A stretch of 64,000 nt of DNA, taken from positions 2,848 to 66,847 of the IMG/VR virus record IMGVR_UViG_3300023184_003926; one strand, 5' to 3'. The notes beneath the pieces are model-generated. The model was not told the origin of the DNA. It did no database searches and worked only from the letters and a program-made list of their open reading frames with translations. The first letter of the stretch is position 1. Every line of letters starts with the position of its first letter. The translations under genes and the position numbers were made by a program. Below, piece after piece: positions 22,301 through 31,900 of the stretch. This DNA comes from a virus.

Positions 22301-25300
22301 TCAGACGATAACTCTGACGCCACACATTGTTTAATAGTATGGGTTGATCAGCTTTGCTAGTTTCTCCAGAATTGATCACTTGTACCAGGCAAGGATTACT
22401 GTTGAGCAGGGCACGATTCAATCGCAGTTGGAAGAAACTACGGTTAGCGTTGGCTCCATACACTGCACGTTGTACTGCCCAATTTTCATATATGTTGTAG
22501 TCACCAGACTCTTTACCAAGGTTGGCTTGACCAAACAACTCAGCACTAAGTATGGTTCCTTTGCTGCCCAAAAATTGACGATATACGTTGAGCTGACTGA
22601 CATCATCAAGATTAAGTGATGCCATGTACTGACGTGGGCGGAATCCAATTAGCCCATAGCTCAATAAATCATTATCAGATTCAAGATTGGCTCGATTGAT
22701 ATTATAACTGTCAGACAACTGATCTGCTTTGTTGGCCAAGTTTGGCAGCAAGCCAAGTTCAATTCTAGTATAATCACTCTGATACCAGTCGTTGGCATTG
22801 AATAATGCACTGGGTTGCACAATGATCGCAGCTGACCAATAACCGCCTTTATAACTTACAATTTCACCTTTGGCGTATGTGGTATAAGAATTCCAGGGTT
22901 TGATATTGTCTTGATTTAAAATAAATCCTTGGGCATCTACACTGCCATTCCACTCAGTGCTGGTATATGCAATCAAGTTCAACCGACTTTGTCTTGCACC
23001 AGTTGTGGGCTGATAAATCAAGTCACCAAAAGAACTTGTGTTGTTCAACACAATCATGTGTTCGTAGCTGGTGTACTTGAGGTCAATACTGCTGAGTGTT
23101 TGATCCGTTGCTGGTTCCACAGTGAATGTGTTATCCAGTCTAGTAATAATTAAATTACGTGTGGGCAGTTCACGGTTGTTCTGGTCCAACAACACATTTT
23201 GATTGGTTTGTGCAGCAATACTGTCGACCACTGCTTGTTCTTTTGTCACGGTGAGTTTGAACGCCAATGGATTCAAATTGATCAGGGCGTTTTCATCCCA
23301 ACCTTGTTGACTCCAGTACAGGAACTCGTTGACCATTTGCTGCCAGCTCAAGATGTAGCCATTGGTGGCATCTTCAAAAATTAAGCCCTGTCGTTGTAAA
23401 TATTCACCGTAGCCTAACAAGAACGCACTCACTGCGGTTTCGTTGGCAAGCACATATCCGTAAGGAATCTGTACCATTTGGTTGGTGTAGAATGTGGGGA
23501 CTCGTACAGTGACCCCACCTGATGTGAACGTTTGCAGCTGGCCAGTGTACTGACTACCAATTGTATTAAAAAACGGTTGCGTTTTACTGTACCCAAACAC
23601 AGCATATCCGCCAGCAGTTTTTTGTATCACCACTGCCGAGTAACTAGCACGATCAAACGGTTGATTCTTGTACAACACAAGATCATAACTTTCGTCAGGA
23701 ATTAAAAATGTTGTATTAATTGAGTTGGGACTAGACTTCTCGGTGTAAATTTTAATGTACTGTTTGTCTGAAAAACTGGCCATGCGATAGCAAAGTCTCA
23801 CATCAAGGAATCCAAGATCGGCTGTGAGTTCTTCGGTGCTGTCCAGCCCGCTTTGACGATTAAAGTCCACAATCCAGTCAATGTAACTGGCTTTGCTTGT
23901 ACCATTACCATACACTTGAATGTCATTGGCATTGAGTCTGTAACGACCGTTGTACACATACTGGTTCAAATCAAGATCAAATTTATACAAATCTCGATCA
24001 GCAAACAGTGCAAAGAACTTGCCGGGGCGTGTCAACGCCAGCAAACGCATCACAGCAAATGGATATGCACTTGAGTTCCACCATGACGCTTCTGTGGGAC
24101 TACCGTCACCCAGTGCCCAGCTCTTGCGGAAAGTTTGTGCGTTGTATGTGCCTACTACTGAATCAAATGGACTTAACAATTCGCCTTCAGTGCCTGTAGG
24201 AATTACTGTTGTCAGTCCTGGTCTTGCAAATTTTGGCAAATAGTAAGCGCCTAGTGGGTCTGCCACTTTACCTGCTTCAAGGTCATCCCACAACACCAAG
24301 TTGTCCTGTGTGTACGGGGCCGGGCCATAAATTTCTTGCCACCAGGTGGGCTCAATACTGAATCCCAACATTTCCCAAGGAGTTAATTCTGGTTGTTGTG
24401 TATCATAATAATAGCGATAAATGCCGCGCCAGGCGCCCGGAAGTGAATCATTGTTTAGTTTGCTCTGACTACCACTGTAGTTCCAGGTGAATTCGTTGTT
24501 GGCTTGATAATCTTGTGTGCGATAATCTAACTTGTTCCAGGCCACATAGCTCAAGAAGTCTTGACTTAAAATACTATTGATATCAGCAAGACTGTAGCCA
24601 GTGGTTCTAAATTGTCCAGGCAATACATCGTATATTGTGAGTGGTACAGGATTGTCATCTAGTTTCAAATTGTTGTAGATGCGTTTTTCAAATTCCAACA
24701 ACACTTCATCTCGCACATCTAAGAATGCTCGGGTAATACTGCCATCATGTCCCAATATGCATAAAGCCGTGCCAGTGCTGGTTTTTTGTTCAATATACTG
24801 TGGACGGTACGCAGGATACAATCCCAATTTGGTGGGAGTATTGGGCACAAAGTTGCCATAAGTGGCAGCATATTCTTGAATCTTGATCACATCACCAACA
24901 TTCAGTGTTGTAGTGATTGTTATACGTGGACCGTCAGTGGCCACGACATATTCATATCCGCGAATTAAAATGTTGTTATTTAGATACACATCCATGCCAA
25001 GGTAGTTGGCTGAAGTATAGTTGTACACTTGTTGTGTGGGGAATGATGTGCCACTGATGTATGACACTGTGTATGAATTAGAGATGTAGGTGCTGCCCGA
25101 CGGCAACATGTCACTCCAATAGAATGGTTGTGTTTCAACTCGACCCAAAGTGATATCAGCAATGGCTGCATCAAGTATTTCTCCGGCTGTTTGATACTGC
25201 AAAGTCTGTTGTGTCACAGCATTGAGCATTTGCCCTTTGAATTTCAAATATTCTTGGCTGTTGTATTGCAAGCTGGCAAATATGTTAAATGTTTCACTGC

Positions 25301-28300
25301 GCAGAAAGTATCCAGCCAGGGTCAACGGAGCACTCTGTTGCAAAATAATTAATCCGTACGGCACAATGTTGCCAAGATCTCTACTGTTATTTGATCCATT
25401 AACTGGGCCAGTTAAGTCGCTGAGATTCTCACAGATGCTTTCGTAGTGCGTACGAATTGTGCCCAACGTAAATCTTTCACTGTTGCCGTTTAAAGGGTTT
25501 GATTCCAAATTAATAGGAACCTGATAAAACCCTTGCTTACTGGTTTGATCACTCAATACTAAAACTTCAATAACGTCTGTAGGCAGGTATACATTGTTTA
25601 ATGTTATTGTGGTGGTATCAGCTGTGGTGGTATAACTGTAAGTTTCTGGGCGTTGAAATACTGACCCTACATAAATTTTAACAGCTGGAACCACGGTATC
25701 GGTGCTGGCAGCAATATCTAACTTGAGAGTTGCGCCAGTGTATGTAAATTTAAACTGTTGATAAATTTGACTGGTAGTAACAGCATCTTGCCAACCAATC
25801 AACTTTTGATATGTGACTCGATCTGCATATTCTCTTGCAGCGCCTGAACTGATGTCGGATGTGATTGAAACATTGTCTTCTACGTATAAGAACGTGTCAA
25901 CGTACAGGTTGTTTTCAAACACAATGTCGCCAACGTTGTTGATGTTGAGATACTGCAATGGAAATTGCAATATTGGATCTAATACACCAGTATCGCTCAC
26001 TGCGTAGCTGAACAGCTTGGTTCCAATAAAAGTACTGCTGGGGTATTTGACTCGATCGCTAAAACTTATGCTTTGTAAATCATAAGCATTAAACAACGGT
26101 GCTTGTTGCACTTGTGTTTTTAATTGTGCTTCAGTCCATACCTCGCCGTCATACCAAAAAGTCAATCCTTTTAAATCATTGCCTTCAAGGCACACAACTG
26201 ATTGATCGTATAGTACAATGCCATCTGCGGCCAACACCAAGTTGATAATAGGCTCATCAAAATATGCAGTGCCTGTGCCGGTCCCAGAATTAGCTGCAAT
26301 AAACGTGTCGCCCACAGCATAGGTAATGCCAGTTGTGCCTGCAGCAGCGTTCCAGTCAGTTGTGCCTAGTGTGTTGATTCTGTATGTTGCTTTGAGTGCA
26401 AAACTTCCAGCAGTGGTCAACGGCAGTGAATCAGGTTCAATGAACTGTACAATGTAAATTTTGTTACGAACGTTGACGTCAACATCAGCAGCAAAAACAA
26501 TTCTAGTACCATCTACAATGGCATATCCATCAACAGTGTAACTGGTTGATCCCTGAATATTACTAAATGCATCAGTTTGCACAAAGTCAATAATGTCAAC
26601 CGGTTGTTTACCTTGGGTGCCCATGTTGAACAATCGAATACCTGGTCGGAATTCAATAATAGGACGCTTGGCTCTGTAGTTGTTGTCCAAACTGGCCACG
26701 GTATTGTTGTACTTGGCTGTGGATTGAATAACGTCAACATGGAACCAACGATTACTGCGAGTCCATGCGTTTAAATCTTTGCTGGCTCTGCTGATTGTGA
26801 GGTAGTCCAGTTGATCGGGCTCTGCAGCAATGGTGCTGTCATTTGAATCAACAACATAAGTTTCAGGAGTAACAAAGTCAGTAACTGGCAGCAACTCAAT
26901 GGCTGTGCCTACCCCTGACACATAGTATTCTTTGTTGCTGGTGGCCAATGCAGTCATGGTACCTGTGGCAGTGCTTAACTGAACTGCTGGGCCATCAGCC
27001 ACAGTTGATATTGAGAATTGTATGCGGTTTGCTGATATACTTTTGATGTAATACACTCGGCCGGTCACAATACCGCCCAAGGTTCCGCTGGGGAACACAA
27101 TTTGTTCACCTTCGTACAATCCTTCTGTAGAAGAAGTAGTGATATAGTTGCTGCCGGCTAATGTAGCTGTACAAATGAAATCAGTTATGCCCGAACCGTA
27201 ACTGGCTGGCGTTATCTCACCAACGAATCTAATTTTTAACCCGTTAGTGAGTGTTATGCCATTGGGCGATGTATAATTTTTCTTACCTAATATATCTGCA
27301 ATGTCTAAATTATTAACATCAGCTTGTTCAATCAGTCGAATGCGCCCATATATATTTGGATTAGTACCATCCTGGTAATACAGCGTGTCAAGGTTGGCAG
27401 TGAGTTCAGGAATCTGTGTCCAAGTGCCAATAGAATCTTTATACCAACTTGTATTGCTCCAAGTTAACCCATACAATATAGTAAATTTTTGGTTAATACT
27501 AACATCTTGTATTTTTGCCAATTGAATGTATTCTACGCCGCTGCGGTTGACAAAATTAATTTGCCAAATTTGATAACGATCTGCTGGCGGCACTGGATCT
27601 GTTTGATCATACAACAGGGTATCATAACTGCCCGGCAATCCATAATTTGCTGGTACTTGCGCCAATGGATCAAAGAATGATGTGTACAGCCAACCCCCAG
27701 CATCAGCATCAGTTTCAAGATTTGTAAAAATCAATGTGCGACCTTGCAGATAGGTAGTACCATCAATACCACCGTAGGTGTCCAGAAATTCTTGTACTGG
27801 TTGATTATTGATTTGATCAAATCTCAATTCAGTCAATAAATCAACCGGCCCAACATCTGTTAAATTGAAGTAAAATTGTTGCGCAGTTTTTTGTGGCACC
27901 TCAAACGTGATGACGCCAAGATCTTCACCGTTGTTTGACACTCCATAGACATTTCTAGTAGTAAGATTTGGTGTTGTAGGGTTAGTGCCATCCACTCCAG
28001 GGAAAGACTGAATCCAAAACTGATTTCCAGTTCCAGCAGTGCCATCAATCACGTTGAATGTACCACGGAGATTTGTTTGGTTCTCACTGACATAGTACAG
28101 CGTGTCGGGTGCATCTTGCGGCACAACAAAAGTCACAAGTCCAAATGTACTGCCATTGCGTGTGACACCTGAATCATATACATTTTCAGTGCCCAGCACT
28201 TGTGCGGTTTTAATCCAAAAAGGAAAAATACCATTTAAGTTTAGATCAAACACATAGGTATTGCCACGAACCAAGGTCAGTGTGGGATTGGGCTGTTGAT

Positions 28301-28934
28301 TGATTACGTAATAACTGAGTCCTTTATTTCCAACTCTAAAATTAACTGTTTCTTTTGCATTCTGTGCCACTTGGAATGTGTAGCTGCCGCCACGGACCAG
28401 GTCAATGGTGGGGTTGTTGCCATTTTGTCCTGAAAAAGTATAAACGCTGTTGGCACGGGTGACCACAAAGTTTTCTGTGGTAGGGACACCTTCAGACTTG
28501 ACATCCACAGTGGCAGGACCACTTGGCAACCAATAGTATTGACTGAAGTTAATAAATGTATCATAGTTTACAAACGGATCCCAAGTGTAGTAATCACTGC
28601 TGTACAACTGATCTGGACGAGTGCTGTCGCCGCCTTGGAATCCCACAGCATCGTTCATGCCTGGGTAAGTTATGACATTTTTAATGGTGTCAGTATCTGG
28701 CACCAAGCTAATCACACCTGGTTCAAGTTGATAATCTCGTCTGGCAGTTGTGGGCTCAGTTACATAAGTGTCGTTGGGGTTGACACCGGGACCCACAGTA
28801 CGGCCAATAAAACCTTGTGTCTTTTTAAACTTGGGTTCTTGGGTCAGGGTATCTAGTGTGGCAGATAAGAACTGTTTGTTGACTGGTGTTTGAAATATCT
28901 GTGGAAGAAAATCAACTGATCTTGTACGTGCCAT
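13362..28934 (-). CDS. Giant (5190 aa) virion/baseplate wedge-associated protein
   Basis: Uninterrupted ORF directly after the gp6-like gene. It contains FG-GAP-like blades (FGYSVAMS...YIGAP), Trp/Tyr carbohydrate-binding-like modules and repeated beta-rich modules. Confidence 0.8.
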   Translation of the reverse strand: MARTRSVDFLPQIFQTPVNKQFLSATLDTLTQEPKFKKTQGFIGRTVGPGVNPNDTYVTEPTTARRDYQLEPGVISLVPDTDTIKNVITYPGMNDAVGFQGGDSTRPDQLYSSDYYTWDPFVNYDTFINFSQYYWLPSGPATVDVKSEGVPTTENFVVTRANSVYTFSGQNGNNPTIDLVRGGSYTFQVAQNAKETVNFRVGNKGLSYYVINQQPNPTLTLVRGNTYVFDLNLNGIFPFWIKTAQVLGTENVYDSGVTRNGSTFGLVTFVVPQDAPDTLYYVSENQTNLRGTFNVIDGTAGTGNQFWIQSFPGVDGTNPTTPNLTTRNVYGVSNNGEDLGVITFEVPQKTAQQFYFNLTDVGPVDLLTELRFDQINNQPVQEFLDTYGGIDGTTYLQGRTLIFTNLETDADAGGWLYTSFFDPLAQVPANYGLPGSYDTLLYDQTDPVPPADRYQIWQINFVNRSGVEYIQLAKIQDVSINQKFTILYGLTWSNTSWYKDSIGTWTQIPELTANLDTLYYQDGTNPNIYGRIRLIEQADVNNLDIADILGKKNYTSPNGITLTNGLKIRFVGEITPASYGSGITDFICTATLAGSNYITTSSTEGLYEGEQIVFPSGTLGGIVTGRVYYIKSISANRIQFSISTVADGPAVQLSTATGTMTALATSNKEYYVSGVGTAIELLPVTDFVTPETYVVDSNDSTIAAEPDQLDYLTISRASKDLNAWTRSNRWFHVDVIQSTAKYNNTVASLDNNYRAKRPIIEFRPGIRLFNMGTQGKQPVDIIDFVQTDAFSNIQGSTSYTVDGYAIVDGTRIVFAADVDVNVRNKIYIVQFIEPDSLPLTTAGSFALKATYRINTLGTTDWNAAAGTTGITYAVGDTFIAANSGTGTGTAYFDEPIINLVLAADGIVLYDQSVVCLEGNDLKGLTFWYDGEVWTEAQLKTQVQQAPLFNAYDLQSISFSDRVKYPSSTFIGTKLFSYAVSDTGVLDPILQFPLQYLNINNVGDIVFENNLYVDTFLYVEDNVSITSDISSGAAREYADRVTYQKLIGWQDAVTTSQIYQQFKFTYTGATLKLDIAASTDTVVPAVKIYVGSVFQRPETYSYTTTADTTTITLNNVYLPTDVIEVLVLSDQTSKQGFYQVPINLESNPLNGNSERFTLGTIRTHYESICENLSDLTGPVNGSNNSRDLGNIVPYGLIILQQSAPLTLAGYFLRSETFNIFASLQYNSQEYLKFKGQMLNAVTQQTLQYQTAGEILDAAIADITLGRVETQPFYWSDMLPSGSTYISNSYTVSYISGTSFPTQQVYNYTSANYLGMDVYLNNNILIRGYEYVVATDGPRITITTTLNVGDVIKIQEYAATYGNFVPNTPTKLGLYPAYRPQYIEQKTSTGTALCILGHDGSITRAFLDVRDEVLLEFEKRIYNNLKLDDNPVPLTIYDVLPGQFRTTGYSLADINSILSQDFLSYVAWNKLDYRTQDYQANNEFTWNYSGSQSKLNNDSLPGAWRGIYRYYYDTQQPELTPWEMLGFSIEPTWWQEIYGPAPYTQDNLVLWDDLEAGKVADPLGAYYLPKFARPGLTTVIPTGTEGELLSPFDSVVGTYNAQTFRKSWALGDGSPTEASWWNSSAYPFAVMRLLALTRPGKFFALFADRDLYKFDLDLNQYVYNGRYRLNANDIQVYGNGTSKASYIDWIVDFNRQSGLDSTEELTADLGFLDVRLCYRMASFSDKQYIKIYTEKSSPNSINTTFLIPDESYDLVLYKNQPFDRASYSAVVIQKTAGGYAVFGYSKTQPFFNTIGSQYTGQLQTFTSGGVTVRVPTFYTNQMVQIPYGYVLANETAVSAFLLGYGEYLQRQGLIFEDATNGYILSWQQMVNEFLYWSQQGWDENALINLNPLAFKLTVTKEQAVVDSIAAQTNQNVLLDQNNRELPTRNLIITRLDNTFTVEPATDQTLSSIDLKYTSYEHMIVLNNTSSFGDLIYQPTTGARQSRLNLIAYTSTEWNGSVDAQGFILNQDNIKPWNSYTTYAKGEIVSYKGGYWSAAIIVQPSALFNANDWYQSDYTRIELGLLPNLANKADQLSDSYNINRANLESDNDLLSYGLIGFRPRQYMASLNLDDVSQLNVYRQFLGSKGTILSAELFGQANLGKESGDYNIYENWAVQRAVYGANANRSFFQLRLNRALLNSNPCLVQVINSGETSKADQPILLNNVWRQSYRLTSPDILPTTTTLPTDIALPTAGYVNINDVDITVFDINNPDSLAANIDDINVGTTIWVAKTNAYDWNIYRAAAVPGIIAHVCDNLDGTSRVIFSQQHGLSVNDKLIIKFFDAEVNGVYDVLSIVSLDTILIAFSFTGSRTVVDGTGIGFTLATQRVAQASDVLNLTYANTLQPGAKVWVDDNGDGLWETIQKEEVFTQLTELAPVLTDVDQQYGSSVAQARDKFAALVGSPRFRFPAGATLWNVADDYAVNDIVYIVDPYQTEFFQASQPVSQGVNIFNTAYWTPYSLSSLPRKGGVYVYVKSSTSDQYIPISPLVAGDAVLTLDVLDASGGAENGKPATRGYGSSVDFGNRAWAVAGAPNSLGSLAQADNGYACVIYLAPDLSTPDTVPYGQWQLLTTPDSVSVDQGKFGYSVAMSLDERWMYIGAPAVNKVYAYGRVDWENQVINLYGDGTTKVYGIADIIQIDEATQLEVLVGGADQTLNIDYTVNGSFTELTFATAPVEGVAIQIKRTSRKLMDYGVYYNVTQTSTSSSGINAEFTIIRQRDEVGQGNAPAATVGLVAVSTPGSGYAVGNTVTIGYVKFGGAAINGSIVLTITSINGTGGITGFSTYYAPTVLTNVFSLNEYFFTATSIYSFSVLVNDVLQRPNIDYTFSNITQNLTFVNSPARGTSILIRAEGYFEYVNTITAAGLGATDQFGYSVSTSTDGRQVLIGTPYSTQDSKIGAGSVYVFDRNVQKFIYGTDPSSVSFTVLGSVTEPVSVLVNGTFLINEECTVLGAANTFTVSGNTVTINADLQVGDIVEIETNQFAQVQQVAQSTAEDAAHFGQAVDLCSYNCSLYVGAPNSSVQQFHGGIVERNINQSRAYGIITSLYTYQGTQNPLADYSPSFTPGMYQNTGTVNGRIQYQFINTLDNGDTIRINDIDVAVPNSPNQNLAGLAAAINAAVPNVDAIVSATGYLTLAVKNSAAAAVGNKLQVAPGSVGTTFDDIGFDTFVYTQTILSPYPQTYAQFGASLSIDDSAVNLVVGAPNGTMYIPTDFDNYTALWDAGATEFFDLLFQSGTVYTYDLLPSSTSTLSNPDKFVFGQQIVNTDISPYDQYGTSVSYASGVLLSGAPGNELDDSTMSANYGRVFVSENPNRVPAWTVLTVEQPVVDVRLLNSVYAYDRITSATATYFDFFDPLQGKILGAARQNLDYIGAVDPANYNVGPTNILGTTWGASRVGETWWDTSTVRFIDPNQDDIVYASRRWGQLFPGSTVDVYQWIVSTTPPATYIGEGIPRDTLSYVINTVLTQTGIFETQYYFWVRGITTTATQKGKTLPVSTVANYIADPRASGIAYIAPINASTIALYNALDYIIAEDTIISIEFDRELTNDNVHVEYELVPQDKADGWISNNLYRKLQDSFCGVDTAGNLVPDINLSPAERYGVQFRPRQSMFVDRFAALKNYLVRANTVMARYPIAENRTFVLLNSREPEPSATSGEWDKRVANLEILGFQDLYAVPVGYKYLVDSDSRNRGLWTIYSVGTTSTSAGVIRSLTLNKVQNYDTRQYWSYINWYLPGYNTSAQIVAEVVNYAGLGFIDVPIGSSVKVTANAQGKYEIYIRTLTGWDRVGLEDGTIEFSAELWDYALGRFGFDVEVFDAQYFDQEPVIETRRIIQAINAEIFIDELQIERNRQLTLMFNFVLSEFSAPGWIIKTSLIDVEHRIRSLLPFQNYSRDNQEFVLDYIQEVKPYHVQVKAFNLIYNGFNEWFGDMTDFDLPAYYNTDLAIPGYTSPVLLPYNHSTAVGSSTNNQSDLPSDSTVWTSWPYSQWFENYTLSLDSVALVAGGSGYTEPPLVVFTGTAIEPAQAVSVLNSLGAVVAINVTYAGRGYTATPTVTIEGGGGAGSGAVAYPRMTNDVIRQFRTVIRYDRYQYQTSVQTWSSNGTYENGTLVRYDDRVWSALNADGSSAVVGPTFDIENWVPVDAATYTYPGATYPTGLTGVDRTMGLYVPGINEPGLELPLLVDGVDYPGVQVWGDYFAGNITLDANYQSEFADIYLGQRFSDINVDGGEFIGPYEGHAPEELVNGSEYDTLDMRVYTRPGADWSNNGHGFQISSINYTYEPAITQLYSWAGVVNRPVQVLVANLSSGTELVINVNYFINWSTQQVEIVNGITDQQIINITVYELGGGSQLYRENYVGQDIVDSGDNSVIIPVNYKEIIEIPVFQNGEYQAQPTYRPYSESIAWNLNNSYAVMDIVYNNYAITCTATSAVYSTISCDNTSALVIGQPIVFSGTVFGGIVAGTTYYVFSIANSTQFFITDVAGSDTVFALTNASGSMTGSPTGTYYRAIQAVIPGIFLNNTTYWLPYVPTLNTKVTFAQTVNVGDGVSLTALGIGLSLAVTNTTTGTNAITIQGSSSFSVGQAVSFSGSSVGGIETGITYYVLSVINGANFTIEETLGSGIPVALLTDSATWIGELTAKFTPTDFTSWSTPIVENFVVDNNTYGTKTFTLTASLQGTNPANIIVMQNGLRLRPYAGIEWIGDDSSVSFGLPQRTGFDQDIIDAPADITVWVDSVLQVQSVGAIIGNYSVTNWDGSNVPGRQVVFNTAPAAGAIILISVATEAGYAITGDQLQIISNVNIGDSISAITWNDTTQQNILTLVFNGPVQSGLTINEPYDSTNYDSGSIDYAPGAYDYTIGTAVAINDFDLQRTGIDANRLWVTLDGYRLFEGSDYTVQGQYLILAGGAINPGSIVAVTEFTESIVPEAVAFRIFQDMRGVQATYRMTASTTTTLAQAVSSTADVIYVVDANNLSQPDLPAGIFGIITIDGERIMYRNRDTALNTVSGLQRGTAGTAAASHNVGATVYDIGIGNLLNTTYQNYVVKDTGMGDGTTAIFYAPNINISEFGDSSTAYVESIEVYVGGIRQYNYSETAGNSEYRYIVTDFGPLAIEFIIDGTYQAPAAGSEVTILQRRGLSWYQPGINTASDGVALQETETVAARFLCDR

Positions 28935-31900
28935 TAAATTACCCCGCTGCCTGGTGCAGTACGCAAGTTGGTACTGGTCAATGCTTCAATTACATCAATA
29001 TTGTTGATGGTTGCGCCGTTTGCAAAAATTTCATTGGGCTGGCTACGAATTTCGTACAAGTCACCAAAGTACTTTTGTTGATCCAATGGCACCAACACCA
29101 CTGAACTAATAATTGTTCCCAGCTGGCGGTGCAGGTATGCTGCCAGCTCTGAGAAGTAGAATGTGTCGCCAAAGTTCCATTTGTCTATGCTGAAATACGC
29201 ATTCATTTCTGCCAATACTGAACTTTTAATTTCACTTGTGCTGGCTGTTGAATTTTGCGCACGAATAACTTTGATTGTTGCTCGCAACTCTTGTGCTGCT
29301 TTGGAACCAAACAATGGTTTGAATACAACTGAGTTAACAATCACGTTGTCACTCAACATCTTGTAGTCTTGCAGTCCTTGATACTCAGTGCTGAGTTCAT
29401 CAATGGTGGGCACAGCAGGTTCGGTCACAGTGCCTGTGGTGTCACGCAACCAGTTTTGATATGCAGTGTAATATGACTGTGTCACAACATACAAGTCAAT
29501 GATGTTTGTAGATCCTGGATCAATTCTGTTTGTGAGTGGTGAATTATGACGATATTGAAAATACAGAGATTGCCGACCAGTACGTGCGATCCAACCTGTT
29601 ACAGAGATAATGGTTCTAGCTCCAGTTACATCAATGCTGAGTTGATAAAATGCATCTTCACTGTAGGCATAGAACACTTGTCCCGGAGTCCAAGCAGTTT
29701 TGTTCAATTCAATTTCATCATAGGTGGCATAGTCATAGTTCACTACACCTTGTTCTGCCAACAAATAACGTTGCAAGTTGTCAAAATCCACAGTTTGCTG
29801 CAAGAACACCAAGGGTCCTGGATTGGTATCAGTGCCCACAATTTCGTCAAAGAAGTCTGGATTATCTGGTACACCATCGTTGTCTGAATCTCTGTAGCCC
29901 ACAAGGACTTGGAAGTCGTCAACATAGCCGTCACTTTCCACAGGTTGACCAATAATAGTAGTGTAGATGTCACCAGGCAAAGGCTCTGTTGAATTGGGCT
30001 GTGTATTAACTGCCAACACATTAATAAAGTCTTTGATAATTGTACCTGTGCGACTATCATACACCAGTTGATCTTCATAGAAGAAAAATCGTGTTTGCAG
30101 TACTGATCCAAAGTAGTAGCTTAATCCACGGGAGGTGATGGTGTAGTTTGAGTTTACAACTGTGAATGCCACCAACCAGGATGCATCAAGATTGGCACCT
30201 GTTGTATTGCCAGCATACTGCTGACTCCAAGGCGTGATGCTTTCTTGTGTGCCAAAGTTCAAATTGGTACTGGTAATCAAATACCAAGTGTAAGGAGATC
30301 CAGTTACAGATCCGTCATTGTCGTATCCCAGTCCAAATTGACGATTTAACAAAATTTGCTGTGTCATTTGCTGTTCTATTGAATTGGGCAAATCTGATAT
30401 AAACAATGGAATAATGGTGTCAATGATGGCACCAGTTGGCACAAAGTTGTTGATAGTGACCGGTCCGGTGCCGCTGGTAAAATTGCCTAAGCCACCATTA
30501 TACCCATCTCCCACAATGACTTGTGCGCTGGCCCAAATTTCCATGGTTTCATCTGCTCGCATGGGCGTACCTTGTACCAGGCGATTGTTGCGATCAAAGT
30601 AGTAGCCTGTGGGCGGAATGAATTTCATCAGCGCACCTGGCACAACATATTTGAACACACTAGTTGTTGAATCGCCCACAGGTATAGGCGTGCCGTTGGG
30701 CCATGTTGCACTGGTAGTGGTATTTCTAAAATAGCCAGTGGTCTCATTGGCCAATGTTGTGCTTTGATTCCAGGTGTAACCAGCTGTGGCACCAGTGTTT
30801 ACAGTCTCTCTTGGAAAGTTAGCATAGTAGAATTGTTTTACGGTTGCGCCAGTTAGATCTGGTTGCACTTGATTAGTAATGACATTGGCAATGTCATTAC
30901 GATTGGTCCAAGAAAACAGTATTGTGGGGTACACATTGTTTTCCCACAGCGCACCATCACTTGAGAATGTGTTGGTTGAGCTATATTTGCCAGTGTTGTC
31001 CACAAGGTCAAGATAACGACTGGTACCAATACTCGCACGGTTCAATGCTTTTGATTTGATAATTGAATTGTAAGCAGTGTATGGAAACAGGTTGTAGTCT
31101 TCACCGTTGACCATGCGGTTCTGTGTGTAGTAACGTGCAGGGGCACGTTGTTTGATTTCAGCAATGGGTTCACGCGATTGACTGTTTGACACTGGGCGTG
31201 TGATACCACACGTAAATGTAATAGTTTGCAAGTTACCATTGCGGTCAATGTAACTAATGGGCAACACTACATTTTGCATTTCTTCTGGATTGATAATGTA
31301 TTGCAGACCATTGCTGGCGCGAACATACGCACGAAATATACCCACTGGAATCTGTGAAAATACACCATCACCAAATATCATGGTAATTTGATCATTTGCC
31401 CTAGAAGTTACTGAATATACCGGCAACAAGGTAGTACTGCGTTCCGCTGCGGCCTGATAGATGTTTTCAACATAGTTCCACTCTTGGTTGATGTTGCCAA
31501 GATTGTCTAATTGGAACAACCAACGGTCTTCGTTGTTGACACCTTCAATGTTGATGTCTACTGTGCGATTGGCAATGCGTTCGCTCAAGTTAAAGTCTTG
31601 GTTTTGCAACACGCCTTGTTTGAACAAGAAAAAATACCCTGTGTTGGCTGATTGGTAGCCCAGTTGGTCATTTCTAAACAACACATTGAAACTGGTATTA
31701 GGCTGTGGGCTAGGCTCATACACATAGTCCCGCCCCACACTGGTTGATGTCATGGCTTCAAACGGCATGTTGATGCCATCCACTGTGGCTGAATAAGGAA
31801 TTACTGGCAAGAATCCTGGCACTAGATTGATAGCATACTCATCTGTACGAACACCTAATATGGTCTGTCGGTTGCCAGGGCGTCCTACTTTCTGACTGTC

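Noticed and set aside
13362-28934. Intein or diversity-generating retroelement target in the giant gene
   Set aside because: I saw no intein splice motifs, reverse transcriptase or template/variable repeat pair in the window.
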